DNA of 24,408 nt from a virus (taxonomy: Duplodnaviria; Caudoviricetes): positions 1 through 24,408 of the IMG/VR virus record IMGVR_UViG_3300048886_001448; one strand, 5' to 3'. Under the pieces are notes generated by a model. It was not told the DNA's origin and searched no databases. It worked only from the letters and a program-made list of their open reading frames with translations. The position numbers were made by a program, and so were the translations under genes. Below, one piece after another: positions 1 through 7,596 of the stretch. Each line of letters opens with the position of its first letter. The first letter of the stretch is position 1.

Positions 1-181
1 TCAAGTATTCAAATGAACCACTAATTTGCTTACTGAAGTCAATGAAGTGGCCAGTATCCTTGCGAACAGATAGGACTGTCTCGCTGCTGGAGTCCCGGTA
101 CGTTGGCTTCATTCGGAATTCTCTTCCGTTGTCCTTTATGTTGGAATACCCAACATCTAGGAGTATGTTCTTGAAGTCCAT
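1..181 (-). CDS. Probable DNA primase, N-terminal part (runs off the left edge)
   Basis: Not in the ORF track. ATG at 181..179 overlaps the dnaB stop (TAATG). Translation MDFKNILLDVGYSNIKDNGREFRMKPTYRDSSSETVLSVRKDTGHFIDFSKQISGSFEYL stays open to the window edge. Residue spacing resembles a DnaG N-terminal domain without the Cys ligands, and it lies directly downstream of the helicase. Confidence 0.6.
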   Translation of the reverse strand, partial: MDFKNILLDVGYSNIKDNGREFRMKPTYRDSSSETVLSVRKDTGHFIDFSKQISGSFEYL

Positions 182-1668
182 TATATTACGTCGCCATCCC
201 TGTTGCTTTCATCTTCTAAACTATACTGCATTCTCTCTCTCGCTGCAATGTCAGCCGCGCTGCCAGATTCTTCGACATTAAAGTTTCTTACATCAAAGTT
301 AAGAAAATTGTTTTCAAATCTTACGTTACCATTTTCATCAGTTCTCCTTACTAGGTCGTGATGTCCTGCCGCGTCTTTACCTTGGAATCGTGTCTTAAGG
401 GTCACAAGCTTGTGTGTTCCGAACTCTTCTCCGTCGCTGGCAAGTTCGTCAACGGTTTTTCTCCTGAAAATTCCAACAAATGACGCAAACCATTGAAGTC
501 GATCAGACTGTGCGATGGCAGAACTATCATCAACGACAGCACCCCCTCTCCTGTTAAAGTTCTCTCCGCTGCGATTCATTTGCATTGCTGTTATTATGGG
601 ACAGTTCAGCTCTTCGGCTAACTTCTTAAGTTTGTCAACCTTGTCTCCTATCGCTTGGTACTCTGCCCAGTTATTTCCAACTCTTTCCCCTGTTAGCTTG
701 ATGTAGTCATAGCCTAGAACGAACGGGGTTCCTCTACCGACGTGAGCCATGGCCCACCTGCGTACAAACGAACATAGTTGGTCAATGTTTTTGTTTCCCA
801 CTGGGTAGTGGTAAAATTCGCAGTTGCTTATCTTTTTAAAAGCTCCTCTAACTTTGGTCACTAATTCTGAGTTGTTTCTCCACTTTCCTGTTTCAAGGTG
901 CCAGAGGGATACCCCGCTAAGCGCTGATGCTATTCTGTATTTTACGTCTAACGTTTCCATTTCCGTGTCTAATAGGAGGGCTTTTACTTTGCCCCCTTCC
1001 GCTATCTTTCTGCATATGTCCATTATGAATGTGGACTTGCCTTGCCCCGGCCTAGCGACAATCGCGTACAGGTTTCCCGGACGTAGCCCTCCGTACATCC
1101 TGTTAAATTCTGGGTAGGGCGTGGCAAATCCAGATTCTTCGCAAGGGTTTTCGCCTCTCTCTTCAACTATAGATTCTATATCATTTAAAAGTAATTCTGG
1201 CTCTTTTTCAACGAGTTCAATGTCTTTAATTTGGTCGCCATAAAGGGAATCTACTGTACTAATAATTTCATCAATAGGTTTTTCCCCGTTCTCAGTAAGA
1301 AACTTTTGGATATCTTTAGCGGTCCGTGAAAGGTTTCTCCTTATCGTTAGCTTGGCGAGCTCTTGTGCGGCCTCCATCAATCCCTTAACATTGATAGATG
1401 TAAATGAAATTGATTCTAAATAGTCATAAATATTAACATCATCCTTAAAGGATATACCAATATTTTTAATTTTTTCAGAAAGAACTACCGTGTCAACGCT
1501 TTCGTCCTTTATTATAGAGCTTCTTAGTAAGCAGAAGATTGTTTGATGTACTTCATTTACGAAGTCGTGTTCGGAGATGTATCGTTCTATGTCTGCGAAT
1601 AGCTTGGGGTTCTTGATTAGTCCACCTAGCACGTGTCTTTCTATCTGTATTGAATATATTGATTCCAT
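181..1668 (-). CDS. dnaB: Replicative DNA helicase, DnaB family
   Basis: N-terminal 'IERHVLGGLI...HQTIF' DnaB motif, Walker A 'ARPGQGKST', 'DTEM', Walker B 'YDYIKL', 'LKKLAEELNCPIITAMQMNR', 'KTRF'. Confidence 0.95.
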   Translation of the reverse strand: MESIYSIQIERHVLGGLIKNPKLFADIERYISEHDFVNEVHQTIFCLLRSSIIKDESVDTVVLSEKIKNIGISFKDDVNIYDYLESISFTSINVKGLMEAAQELAKLTIRRNLSRTAKDIQKFLTENGEKPIDEIISTVDSLYGDQIKDIELVEKEPELLLNDIESIVEERGENPCEESGFATPYPEFNRMYGGLRPGNLYAIVARPGQGKSTFIMDICRKIAEGGKVKALLLDTEMETLDVKYRIASALSGVSLWHLETGKWRNNSELVTKVRGAFKKISNCEFYHYPVGNKNIDQLCSFVRRWAMAHVGRGTPFVLGYDYIKLTGERVGNNWAEYQAIGDKVDKLKKLAEELNCPIITAMQMNRSGENFNRRGGAVVDDSSAIAQSDRLQWFASFVGIFRRKTVDELASDGEEFGTHKLVTLKTRFQGKDAAGHHDLVRRTDENGNVRFENNFLNFDVRNFNVEESGSAADIAARERMQYSLEDESNRDGDVI

Positions 1669-1756
1669 GTATATTGCTGCCTTCCATTTCGACTCCTCTT
1701 TTGCTTGTTTCCGTCTTGTTGTTCCACGCAGTTTTGTCGTTTGTTTGCATGTACTG

Positions 1757-1784
1757 AGTATACAGGAATTTTTACTGGGGGCAA
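1757..1784 (-). promoter_or_regulatory. Sigma70-like promoter TTGCCC-N16-TATACT upstream of dnaB
   Basis: Hexamers read directly. An ATG (1750) follows 6 nt after the -10 box. Confidence 0.6.
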
Positions 1785-1792
1785 TAAAAAAT

Positions 1793-2209
1793 TTACATTT
1801 TTATTTTAAAAGTGGTTTCAATAAACTCCTTTGAGAGGTTTTTGATGTCGCTTTCTTCTAGTTCGATTAGTTTATACTGGTTTTTCTCAAGCCAACATTG
1901 CTTTTCGTGGTCTCTTTTTATTGAAGCGAGGTATTTGGCTCTTGAGTTTCCGTGAAAAAACTTATTAAAGGAAGAGTGCTGTGGGCCATTAACTTCTACG
2001 GCTATTTTAGTTGTGGCGTTTAGGATGTCTACTTTTAGCCTCGTTCCATACACAGGGAATTCTTCGTAGACTATGTGACCTTTCCAGAAGGGTTTAAGGA
2101 AATCTTTTACTCGTTTTTGCAGCTTTGACCTTGACTTTTTGTTCCAATTAATGAGGTACTTGGACACATTTCTGTTTTGCATCCTTCCATGTGTGTTGTA
2201 CAGCCTCAT
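1793..2209 (-). CDS. PD-(D/E)xK-type endonuclease (DUF559/Vsr-like)
   Basis: Motif 'EEFPV...LKVDILNATTKIAVEVNGPQH...RDHEKQCWLEKNQYKLIEL'. Confidence 0.75.
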   Translation of the reverse strand: MRLYNTHGRMQNRNVSKYLINWNKKSRSKLQKRVKDFLKPFWKGHIVYEEFPVYGTRLKVDILNATTKIAVEVNGPQHSSFNKFFHGNSRAKYLASIKRDHEKQCWLEKNQYKLIELEESDIKNLSKEFIETTFKIKM

Positions 2210-2943
2210 ATTAGTTTGCTGTAGCTATTCTGGAATGTCAGAAACGGTCTGTTGGGGTCGTTTGCTTTCGCCTTGTTTATTGACACGTCTCTCTTGAGTT
2301 CTGGCATGTATGATTCTTCTCCTGCTCCCGTGCCAAACTCAGTTTTTTCTCCTATTTCATAGTTTCCTATCGTGTAAAGCAGGGTGTCTGTTTCGACATA
2401 GTTCGCCTTGGAGAAAAGCCGTGGCCTAAATTCGAAATCGTCTCCATAGTTTCCGCTAAGGTACTCGTTGGACCCTCCGGTTTTCCAGTAGTCTGCCTTG
2501 TCAATTACGTATATGTTTTCATGTACTGGCCACTTAGGGTAACTGGTTATGTTTTTTTCTTTATTGCAGTATGCTATATGAAAAAAGTAAACGTTGCCAG
2601 ATGTGAAGTGGTAGTCTTGTATCTTTTGAAATTCACTTTCTATCAAAAAGTGATCTATGTCTGACCTGATTACCCAGTCTGTTTTAGCTTCTTTGAAGGC
2701 AATGTTGTTTGCTTCTGGCATATTGAACTGTATGTCCACGTCAATTTTGTACAGGTCAATCTTTAATTTGTCTACGTAAAGTTTCGCGATGTCGAACGCT
2801 TGCTCTCTTTTTGAGCCATCATCAACTATAAGTAGGTTGATTTTGTCTAGTAGCTCTTTGTTGAACGAGGAGTACAGGTCTAAGTTATATTTTAACGCCT
2901 CATGCTGGTTGTAGAACGGAAAGTAAAGCGTTATGTCTTTCAT
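2206..2943 (-). CDS. Glycosyltransferase, GT-A fold (GT2-like)
   Basis: Motifs 'ITLYFPFYN', 'LLIVDDGS', 'ANNIAFKEAKTDWVIRSDID', 'GGSNE...GDDFEF'. Start moved to ATG 2943 (MKDITL) because the track's upstream extension overlaps a structured RNA. Confidence 0.85.
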   Translation of the reverse strand: MKDITLYFPFYNQHEALKYNLDLYSSFNKELLDKINLLIVDDGSKREQAFDIAKLYVDKLKIDLYKIDVDIQFNMPEANNIAFKEAKTDWVIRSDIDHFLIESEFQKIQDYHFTSGNVYFFHIAYCNKEKNITSYPKWPVHENIYVIDKADYWKTGGSNEYLSGNYGDDFEFRPRLFSKANYVETDTLLYTIGNYEIGEKTEFGTGAGEESYMPELKRDVSINKAKANDPNRPFLTFQNSYSKLI

Positions 2944-2951
2944 CTTTAGAT

Positions 2952-3032
2952 TGGCTGAGACTAAGCGCCGGTTAGCTACTCCGGTCCTCCTACTGCAGAA
3001 GGCGTGCAAGCTCACACCACGCCTAGCCTCAA
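2952..3032 (-). ncRNA. Candidate tRNA-like structured RNA (long closing stem, three hairpins, 3' CCA)
   Basis: UUGAGGCUAGGCG pairs with CGCUUAGUCUCAG and is followed by CCA. Inner arms are GGUGUG/CACGCC, UUCU/AGGA and CCGG/CCGG. Confidence 0.55.
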
Positions 3033-3037
3033 TAAAT

Positions 3038-3467
3038 TGGTGGAGGCGGTGGGAGTCGAACCCACGTCTTTAGAGCCATCTGCTCAGATATACTACAAGC
3101 TTAGTCGGTGTTAATACTCGCTTGGCATGTCACCGACAAACGGCCTACGCGAGGTTGTAAGGAATATAATAAATTTATACTGGGCTCCCTTACGTGCTCC
3201 AGTTTTTTGCTCGCTGTCGTCGCCCTATCTCTTTAACGAGCATCCGGAGTAGGACGTGGCGGGACTTATGCCGCCAGTTGGAGAGACTCCTCTTCAACAT
3301 AACCGAACTGAGCGAGAATCTCGTCAGCTTCAGCTACTGAAGGAGCGAACTCCATGTCAACGTTATCGTTGGCATTTATGTTTTTTTGATAGATGTTTTA
3401 AGAGGCCAACCATCATCCTCTGCTTGCAATCTGGCGTAAGAATCCAAATCGAATCCAGTACGCCCCC
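3038..3467 (-). ncRNA. ssrA: tmRNA (transfer-messenger RNA), 430 nt
   Basis: 5' end GGGGGCGUACUGGAUUCGA and 3' end GACGUGGGUUCGACUCCCACCGCCUCCACCA. Acceptor stem GGGGGCG/CGCCUCC carries the G3-U Ala determinant and there is a T-arm. Tag ORF 3373..3266 follows AUAAAU and ends in LAA-stop. Confidence 0.96.
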
Positions 3468-3476
3468 ATAAAATAT

Positions 3477-3483
3477 GTTACAC
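3477..3483 (-). promoter_or_regulatory. GTGTAAC motif (candidate phage-sigma promoter), 9 nt before tmRNA G1
   Basis: The same motif precedes several start codons in this window. Confidence 0.5.
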
Positions 3484-3552
3484 CTTGTAATGAAAAAACA
3501 CAATTTTTAAAACGAGACAAAAGTTGAACCCATGGGTGGACGATATACATAG

Positions 3553-4647
3553 TTATGCCTTCTTGAGGACATCTCTAAATTTAAAAAATAAAAACTTTCC
3601 TATCTCTTTGTTCTCTTCAAAATATTTTCTAAGGTTATCTAGCCCTTGGTGTTGCTTGTCGAGATCAAGGCCTGTTTCTTCTTTAACCTCATTGATTAAT
3701 TCTTCTGATATAGTAATCCAAGCGCCTTTCCTTGCTGCCATGTCCCATTGGAGCATCATGTCTACCACTTCATACTCAACCCAAATACTCTTGCCGTCTT
3801 TACTACCGTACCTGACGGGGTATCTAACTAGTGTTCCTGTCTTTTCGTTAGGAGATTTTTTAAAAACAACCTTACACCAGTGCCCCAATAGGTCACCTTT
3901 TCCGTTTGCCTCTGTTGATATGATATCTTTTAAGTGTCTCTCTTGGAATTCTATAATCCAATCACTGTAGTGTAACAGTGCGTTGCCTCCGGAAGCGTTC
4001 GTAACTCTTGCGTCTGTTCTTTCGTACGGGTTGATGGAAACCTTGCTCCTTACTTGGGAAACCATGTAGCAAATATGACCTCGCGTAGTAAGTCCGAGAG
4101 CCATCTTTCTCAAAAAGTCTGCGCTCAATAGTGCGCCACCAGCGACCTTGTTGGCTTCTTCCGGTGGTTTTTCTAAGTCGTTTTTAGGAACAAGTGAATC
4201 CATTGAATCTATGATAAACATATACTTATATTTTTCTGGATTGTTTTTCACTAGCTCGCGCATTAAGCTGATTACTGATTCGTATACGTTGCTTTTATAT
4301 ACGAACCATTTTTCCTTACTTGTGTCTAGCCCTGCTCGTGCGAGCATGTCGTCATGAAGTCTTCCTTCTGATTTTACGTAGACCACCATAGCGTTTTCCA
4401 TCTTTTGGAAATTTCTAGCAAACGCTAGAGCGCACGAAGTCTTGCCTCCTTCGGTTATACCGGAAGCGCGTATGATTCCGGGGCCTATGCCTCCGCCCAT
4501 CTCTATGTCGAGTAGAAGGCTTCCGCTAGACACGGTGTAGGTCCTCTCTTCTTCAAAGTTGTAGTGGTCCGCCTTGTTTTGGACAAGGTAGGATTCAATT
4601 TGCTCCAAGGGGTTTATTCCTGATTCAGTTTTCTTTTTCCGTGCCAT
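3553..4647 (-). CDS. recA: RecA/UvsX-family recombinase
   Basis: Motifs 'SSGSLLLDIEMGGG', Walker A 'GITEGGKTS', Walker B 'FIIDSMDSLVP', 'SQVRSK', 'SGGNALLHYS', 'KGAW'. Confidence 0.93.
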   Translation of the reverse strand: MARKKKTESGINPLEQIESYLVQNKADHYNFEEERTYTVSSGSLLLDIEMGGGIGPGIIRASGITEGGKTSCALAFARNFQKMENAMVVYVKSEGRLHDDMLARAGLDTSKEKWFVYKSNVYESVISLMRELVKNNPEKYKYMFIIDSMDSLVPKNDLEKPPEEANKVAGGALLSADFLRKMALGLTTRGHICYMVSQVRSKVSINPYERTDARVTNASGGNALLHYSDWIIEFQERHLKDIISTEANGKGDLLGHWCKVVFKKSPNEKTGTLVRYPVRYGSKDGKSIWVEYEVVDMMLQWDMAARKGAWITISEELINEVKEETGLDLDKQHQGLDNLRKYFEENKEIGKFLFFKFRDVLKKA

Positions 4648-4999
4648 GTTTTATGAAGTCCAATAAATTTAATTTTTTATTCGGGGGTTTTTCAAAAGCA
4701 GAACTCTCACCTACTTTCTCGTCCTCTAAAGTATAGCTCTCTTGTTTTAGTTTGTCTGGCTTAAATTTACGAAGTTTCTTGTATTTTTTGTACTCTAACA
4801 GGTACAACTCTTTGTTTTCTTTGGTTAAAAAATAAGTTAATGAAAGAACTTTCTCGGCTTCAGTTGTTTTCCAGAAATTTACGTCGGGTATCATCTTAAG
4901 CATGAACTTAGCCAGCCTATATTCTTTGGGTCTAAGACAGTTTGCCGGATCTTTTAAGAATCGATGGATCATGGCCTCGTATGTTTTTCTAGTAAACAT
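4625..4999 (-). CDS. Hypothetical basic protein
   Basis: 124-aa ORF with its own promoter, overlapping the recA start. No motif recognised. Confidence 0.7.
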   Translation of the reverse strand: MFTRKTYEAMIHRFLKDPANCLRPKEYRLAKFMLKMIPDVNFWKTTEAEKVLSLTYFLTKENKELYLLEYKKYKKLRKFKPDKLKQESYTLEDEKVGESSAFEKPPNKKLNLLDFIKHGTEKEN

Positions 5000-5008
5000 T
5001 CCAAGACC

Positions 5009-5036
5009 ATTATAAGGAATTTTTTATCTAAATCAA
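5009..5036 (-). promoter_or_regulatory. Sigma70-like promoter TTGATT-N16-TATAAT
   Basis: Near-consensus hexamers, 9 nt before ATG 4999. Confidence 0.75.
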
Positions 5037-5037
5037 G

Positions 5038-5334
5038 CTATTTTTTGTGCATCGCGTCAAGCTTTTGATCAATGCGATCAAATCTGTCGATCATACGCTC
5101 CGAAAACGTATTGAAATCATCTTTGGAGACGAATTTTTCGGGCATTGAAAGCGCTACCTCATGTAGTTTTTCTGACAGCTCTCTGTAATCGTCTCGTCGA
5201 CCTTGGCGTAAGTCTTCCATCTCATTTTTTAGATCAGAGATGCCTGAGAAGACAACTTTTAACACCCACCCCCCTAGGAAGGTGATAAGCGTGAAGACGA
5301 CGTTAACAAATAATTGAAATGATACTCCTTCCAT
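5038..5334 (-). CDS. Single-pass membrane protein with C-terminal coiled coil
   Basis: Hydrophobic 'FQLFVNVVFTLITFLGGWVL' followed by a heptad-like charged tail. GTGTAAT lies 7 nt before the ATG. Confidence 0.75.
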   Translation of the reverse strand: MEGVSFQLFVNVVFTLITFLGGWVLKVVFSGISDLKNEMEDLRQGRRDDYRELSEKLHEVALSMPEKFVSKDDFNTFSERMIDRFDRIDQKLDAMHKK

Positions 5335-5391
5335 GTAGGTAATTACACGGTTATTTAATAAACGCAGTTATAAAAATGATAATATAGCAAC

Positions 5392-5661
5392 TTAAATATG
5401 CCAGTGGTCAACGTGATGCTTGTGCAACAAGATTAAACCCCAAGATAGGAGTCCTAGCTTTAGCACGGTCCAAGGACAAAGGCATCCAAAGTGCAATAAT
5501 ACAGCCGAAAGAATCAAAACCATTGATTTCCAGAATGTATGACAGCTTAGATGGCTCATGACCCAATCCTTCAGGTCAAGCATCTTATCCCATAGGCGAA
5601 GGTCGCGTAGCTTTGCGCCGCTCGACCACCATTTACGAAGTTTTGATAGTAAGTTCTTCAT
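5392..5661 (-). CDS. Small membrane protein, Trp/His-rich
   Basis: Two hydrophobic segments and a His-rich C-terminus HKHHVDHWHI. GTGTAAT lies 11 nt before the ATG. Confidence 0.65.
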   Translation of the reverse strand: MKNLLSKLRKWWSSGAKLRDLRLWDKMLDLKDWVMSHLSCHTFWKSMVLILSAVLLHFGCLCPWTVLKLGLLSWGLILLHKHHVDHWHI

Positions 5662-5820
5662 AGTTGCAATTAATTACACCAAAGGAAAATTAAAGAAAGA
5701 AATGATGCCTTAAAATATTTAAAAAATATAATATTATTTTTCACGTTTTAGTTAAATAAGTGTAGCGGGCTAAGGGTTATTAAAGAAATTTTTTATATTT
5801 TTATGGGTGTAATTAATTGT

Positions 5821-6198
5821 ATGAAAAAGTTTTGGGCTTGGGTAAACAGGAACGCTACGAGTATTTGTACGGGGTGGATTGTGGCATTGATAATGACTAC
5901 AGTTATTATTGTTAAAGATATGAGCTTCGCAAGTAAGGAGATTGATCACTTACTAGAAAAAATAGAACTAACCAAAGAAAATAATGAGCTGACTCAGACC
6001 TCTATCTCACAGTTTGAAATGATCAATAGCTTGCTAGAGACATCCGCTCGTCAGCAACATCAAGCAGAACGGGCGGTAGAAACCATCGACGAACAGACCG
6101 TCATCCTTCAAAAGTTGGTAGACTACCTCAAAAGCATAGGTCATTGGCCGCCCAAGCTGAAGCCAGCTAAGCCTGTCGACCCAGACAAATGGATTTAG
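5821..6198 (+). CDS. N-anchored membrane protein with coiled coil and Pro-rich tail
   Basis: TM segment 'SICTGWIVALIMTTVIIV', a long helical region, then 'WPPKLKPAKPVDP'. Start set at ATG 5821, 7 nt after GTGTAAT. Confidence 0.7.
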   Translation: MKKFWAWVNRNATSICTGWIVALIMTTVIIVKDMSFASKEIDHLLEKIELTKENNELTQTSISQFEMINSLLETSARQQHQAERAVETIDEQTVILQKLVDYLKSIGHWPPKLKPAKPVDPDKWI

Positions 6199-6202
6199 AG
6201 AC

Positions 6203-6439
6203 GTGAGAATACTAGGTGAAGATAGCTATTGGTGGAAGAACGAAGAGAAGGAATGGGCTGCTCAAGATAAATCTGGAAGCTGGTGGATTTATAAAAAAGA
6301 TCAAAAACCTGCAATGAAAATCAAAAGAAAATCAAAGGAAGGCTCCAGCCGCATAACAACCGAGCAATATATAATCATTGCTCTAGCTTCTGGACTTGGG
6401 GTTAGTATTGCCTTGAATATAATAGCATTAATATCATGA
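6203..6439 (+). CDS. Small protein with C-terminal membrane anchor
   Basis: GTG start, C-terminal 'YIIIALASGLGVSIALNIIALIS', coupled to the next gene through ATGA. Confidence 0.6.
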   Translation: MRILGEDSYWWKNEEKEWAAQDKSGSWWIYKKDQKPAMKIKRKSKEGSSRITTEQYIIIALASGLGVSIALNIIALIS

Positions 6440-6828
6440 GTTGTTTTTTTCCATCAATATTTAAGAAAAATACTTATAAGAAAGTAAGATTCTTCACTAT
6501 CTCATCACTCGTACTAGCTGCCATCTTGCTATTTTCAGGATGCAGGGCTGTAAGGGCTGTCGCAAGCGCGCCATTTAAGGCTATAGGATGGGGCGCAAAC
6601 AAGGTTGGTGAAGTCGTAGGAGGTGAAAAGACCACGGGAGCAATAAAAAACGACTCTCAGGGTATGTCAGGGCCCAATATTGATGGCTCTGAGCACGTTT
6701 TGGCTACGAATAGCGGGGTTGAAATAAATTTTGTCCCTCTTATCCTGTGGGGTATAATGTTAGTGGTCTTTGCTTCGATAGTGAGGGCGTTAGTTAATAA
6801 ATATGTGGCAAGGAATATTACAGAATAA
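6436..6828 (+). CDS. Putative lipoprotein with C-terminal TM helix (u-spanin-like architecture)
   Basis: Signal and lipobox 'KKVRFFTISSLVLAAILLFSG-C'. C-terminal TM 'FVPLILWGIMLVVFASIV'. Confidence 0.6.
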   Translation: MSCFFPSIFKKNTYKKVRFFTISSLVLAAILLFSGCRAVRAVASAPFKAIGWGANKVGEVVGGEKTTGAIKNDSQGMSGPNIDGSEHVLATNSGVEINFVPLILWGIMLVVFASIVRALVNKYVARNITE

Positions 6829-7339
6829 AGTTTTCAGGGTTTGTGTGGTATTAATCGTTATAGTCTTTCCTTTTGCTTCAAAGTATAGATTTGTAAAAAC
6901 CGTGGGTCCGAGCATGCAACCCACTTTGGAGGACGGAGAGTGGGTTGTTATAGAAAGGAAATCTTCACTAGGGAACGACTGGTTTCCCTCGAGGCTTCAC
7001 AGCGTGGTCATAGAGGACCAAGGCGAGAATCTAAACAAAAGAATTATCGGATTGCCGGGAGATACTATAGAAATTAAAAAGGGAATTATATATTTAAATG
7101 AAAAAAAATTACAAGACCCATTCGGGCAGGGAAAGATCGGGTTCTATTTGGTTGACGACCATAATCAAAATTTAAGATATTGGAGTGGTCCCGAAAAGGG
7201 AGAGGTTGTTGTTCAGCTGGTAAGCCAAGGGCAAGAAAGGGTTCCCGAGGGCTACGTGTGGGTTATTGGAGATAACAGGAGAGACTCTTGGTTTGGTCTT
7301 CTTCCTATTAGGAATATTGTGGGTAGGATTTTGTATTAA
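6803..7339 (+). CDS. lepB: Signal peptidase I (peptidase S26)
   Basis: N-terminal TM, catalytic Ser box 'GPSMQPTL', Lys box 'KRIIGLPGDTIEI', and 'VPEGYVWVIGDNRRDS'. Confidence 0.92.
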   Translation: MWQGILQNKVFRVCVVLIVIVFPFASKYRFVKTVGPSMQPTLEDGEWVVIERKSSLGNDWFPSRLHSVVIEDQGENLNKRIIGLPGDTIEIKKGIIYLNEKKLQDPFGQGKIGFYLVDDHNQNLRYWSGPEKGEVVVQLVSQGQERVPEGYVWVIGDNRRDSWFGLLPIRNIVGRILY

Positions 7340-7340
7340 A

Positions 7341-7380
7341 AAGCCCCCCTTGAGTGAAAGACATTACTCAAGGGGGGTTT
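7341..7380. terminator. Bidirectional intrinsic terminator between convergent genes
   Basis: Inverted repeat CCCCCCTTGAGT...ACTCAAGGGGGG flanked by A and T runs. Confidence 0.8.
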
Positions 7381-7394
7381 GCGCGTGCTATAGT

Positions 7395-7589
7395 CTACTT
7401 TTTGGGAGTAGTTTTCTCTGCGGGAGAAACTTCCCCCTTTACAAGAGGTAGAGTTAAGCTTGCTCCTGAAGTCCCTGCTGATGCCCCTATAACTTGAGAT
7501 TCGTTAGCTTTAGGACCAAGGGTTACGGTGCTTGTGCACCCCGTTGCGAGCAGCATGACTGCTGCACTTAGTGTTACTAGTGTTTTCAT
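7395..7589 (-). CDS. Small lipoprotein
   Basis: Type II signal 'MKTLVTLSAAVMLLATG-C' from ATG 7589, just after the nrdB stop. Confidence 0.7.
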   Translation of the reverse strand: MKTLVTLSAAVMLLATGCTSTVTLGPKANESQVIGASAGTSGASLTLPLVKGEVSPAEKTTPKK

Positions 7590-7596
7590 GTTTTTA

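Noticed and set aside
2944-3015. N-terminal extension MSLHAFCSRR... of the glycosyltransferase in the ORF track
   Set aside because: GT homology begins at MKDITL (ATG 2943), and the extension overlaps the cloverleaf element.
3256-3471. 71-aa plus-strand ORF
   Set aside because: It is antisense to the tmRNA and has no protein features.
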